Positions 63,501-64,000 of a stretch of DNA of 64,000 nucleotides are shown piece after piece (the first letter of the stretch is position 1; the number at the start of each line of letters is the position of its first letter). The notes below the pieces were generated by a model. It did not search any database. It was not told the DNA's origin and saw only the letters and a list, made by a program, of their open reading frames with translations. Source of the DNA: Botryllus schlosseri (lineage: Eukaryota); the NCBI GenBank assembly GCA_051294905.1, contig CM119373.1:2978001-3042000 (forward strand), read 5' to 3'. Both the position numbers and the translations under genes were made by a program.

Positions 63501-64000
63501 AAACACCTCCTGGACGATGGTTGGTATGTGGATAACGGTGTTCGGAAAACGGTTGGAATTATGTCACCCATCGCGATAACAACTCCAGGTCGAGTTTTCC
63601 TCCCGCATGTTTACTATATTGTGTCTTTATTGGTCAATGTATGTATCGACATTCAGTTTGAAATCGGAAACCCTGATAAAGTACGTAACCGGATCCGGAT
63701 ATCAACTGTGAATCGATAAACCAATGAACAATATTCAAAGTAAACATGTTACACCATGTGTTTCCACGAAAAAATACCATCCAGACATACGTCGCGCTTG
63801 TTTGCCCACACCAGTATACGCGCAAATGGAGGTGTGTGACATTGCATGCAATGTGTTGGTATACAAACATCGATCCACAGACATTATCATAGCCGGTAGT
63901 TTTGATGTAGATCGAATGTCACCCGATAACAATACCAATAAGCCACATTGCAATGACTCTGAGTTAATCTGAAGCATGACATACAGACACACAAACATGG
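57587..64000 (+). mobile_element. Third Polinton/Maverick-like element, running off the window
   Basis: Starts AGTAGTTATATAGATCG; collinear homology blocks with the left arm of 19427 (58150/19680, 59070-59400/21530-21860, 61395-61790/22380-22790, 62750-63700/23830-25230). Confidence 0.8.
62790..63220 (+). repeat. ~41-bp minisatellite of the third Polinton-like copy
   Basis: Same TTTTCACTTGGAAATATATTTTTTCCCTGGGTAACAAAC unit as 23870-24735, with fewer copies. Confidence 0.88.

Noticed and set aside
1..64000. rRNA or tRNA genes
   Set aside because: No cloverleaf or rRNA signature recognised by eye; tRNAscan-SE and barrnap would be needed to exclude them fully

Overview
Repeat-dense, AT-rich eukaryotic DNA, most likely from an invertebrate animal (inferred from the transposon families and spliceosomal introns). 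No intact host gene is visible; at most there are isolated exons. (1) An intact-looking Ty3/Gypsy LTR retrotransposon (10938-16836) has 237-bp LTRs, a 4-bp TSD and a -1 frameshift signal between gag and pol. (2) The most unusual feature is a 13.06-kb element (19427-32482) with Polinton/Maverick-type ends (AGTAGT...ACTACT, 6-bp TSD CACGGG). It is almost entirely one inverted repeat: two ~6.04-kb arms around a 973-bp spacer. It encodes no recognisable polymerase, integrase, ATPase or capsid, but each arm carries an intact gene for a tandem OB-fold, RPA-like ssDNA-binding protein. (3) Two more related elements start at 39632 and 57587. They share the terminal scaffold but iterate different subterminal motifs and lack the OB-fold gene in the visible sequence. 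(4) A decayed PIF/Harbinger element (35594-39578) has a spliced Myb/SANT gene, a core-deleted transposase and an internal 79-bp tandem array. (5) Penelope-like 3' remnants carry minimal hammerhead ribozyme motifs. (6) There are many hAT, Kolobok-like, Tc1/mariner-like and other MITEs with readable TSDs. All family assignments come from motif recognition by eye; no searches were run.
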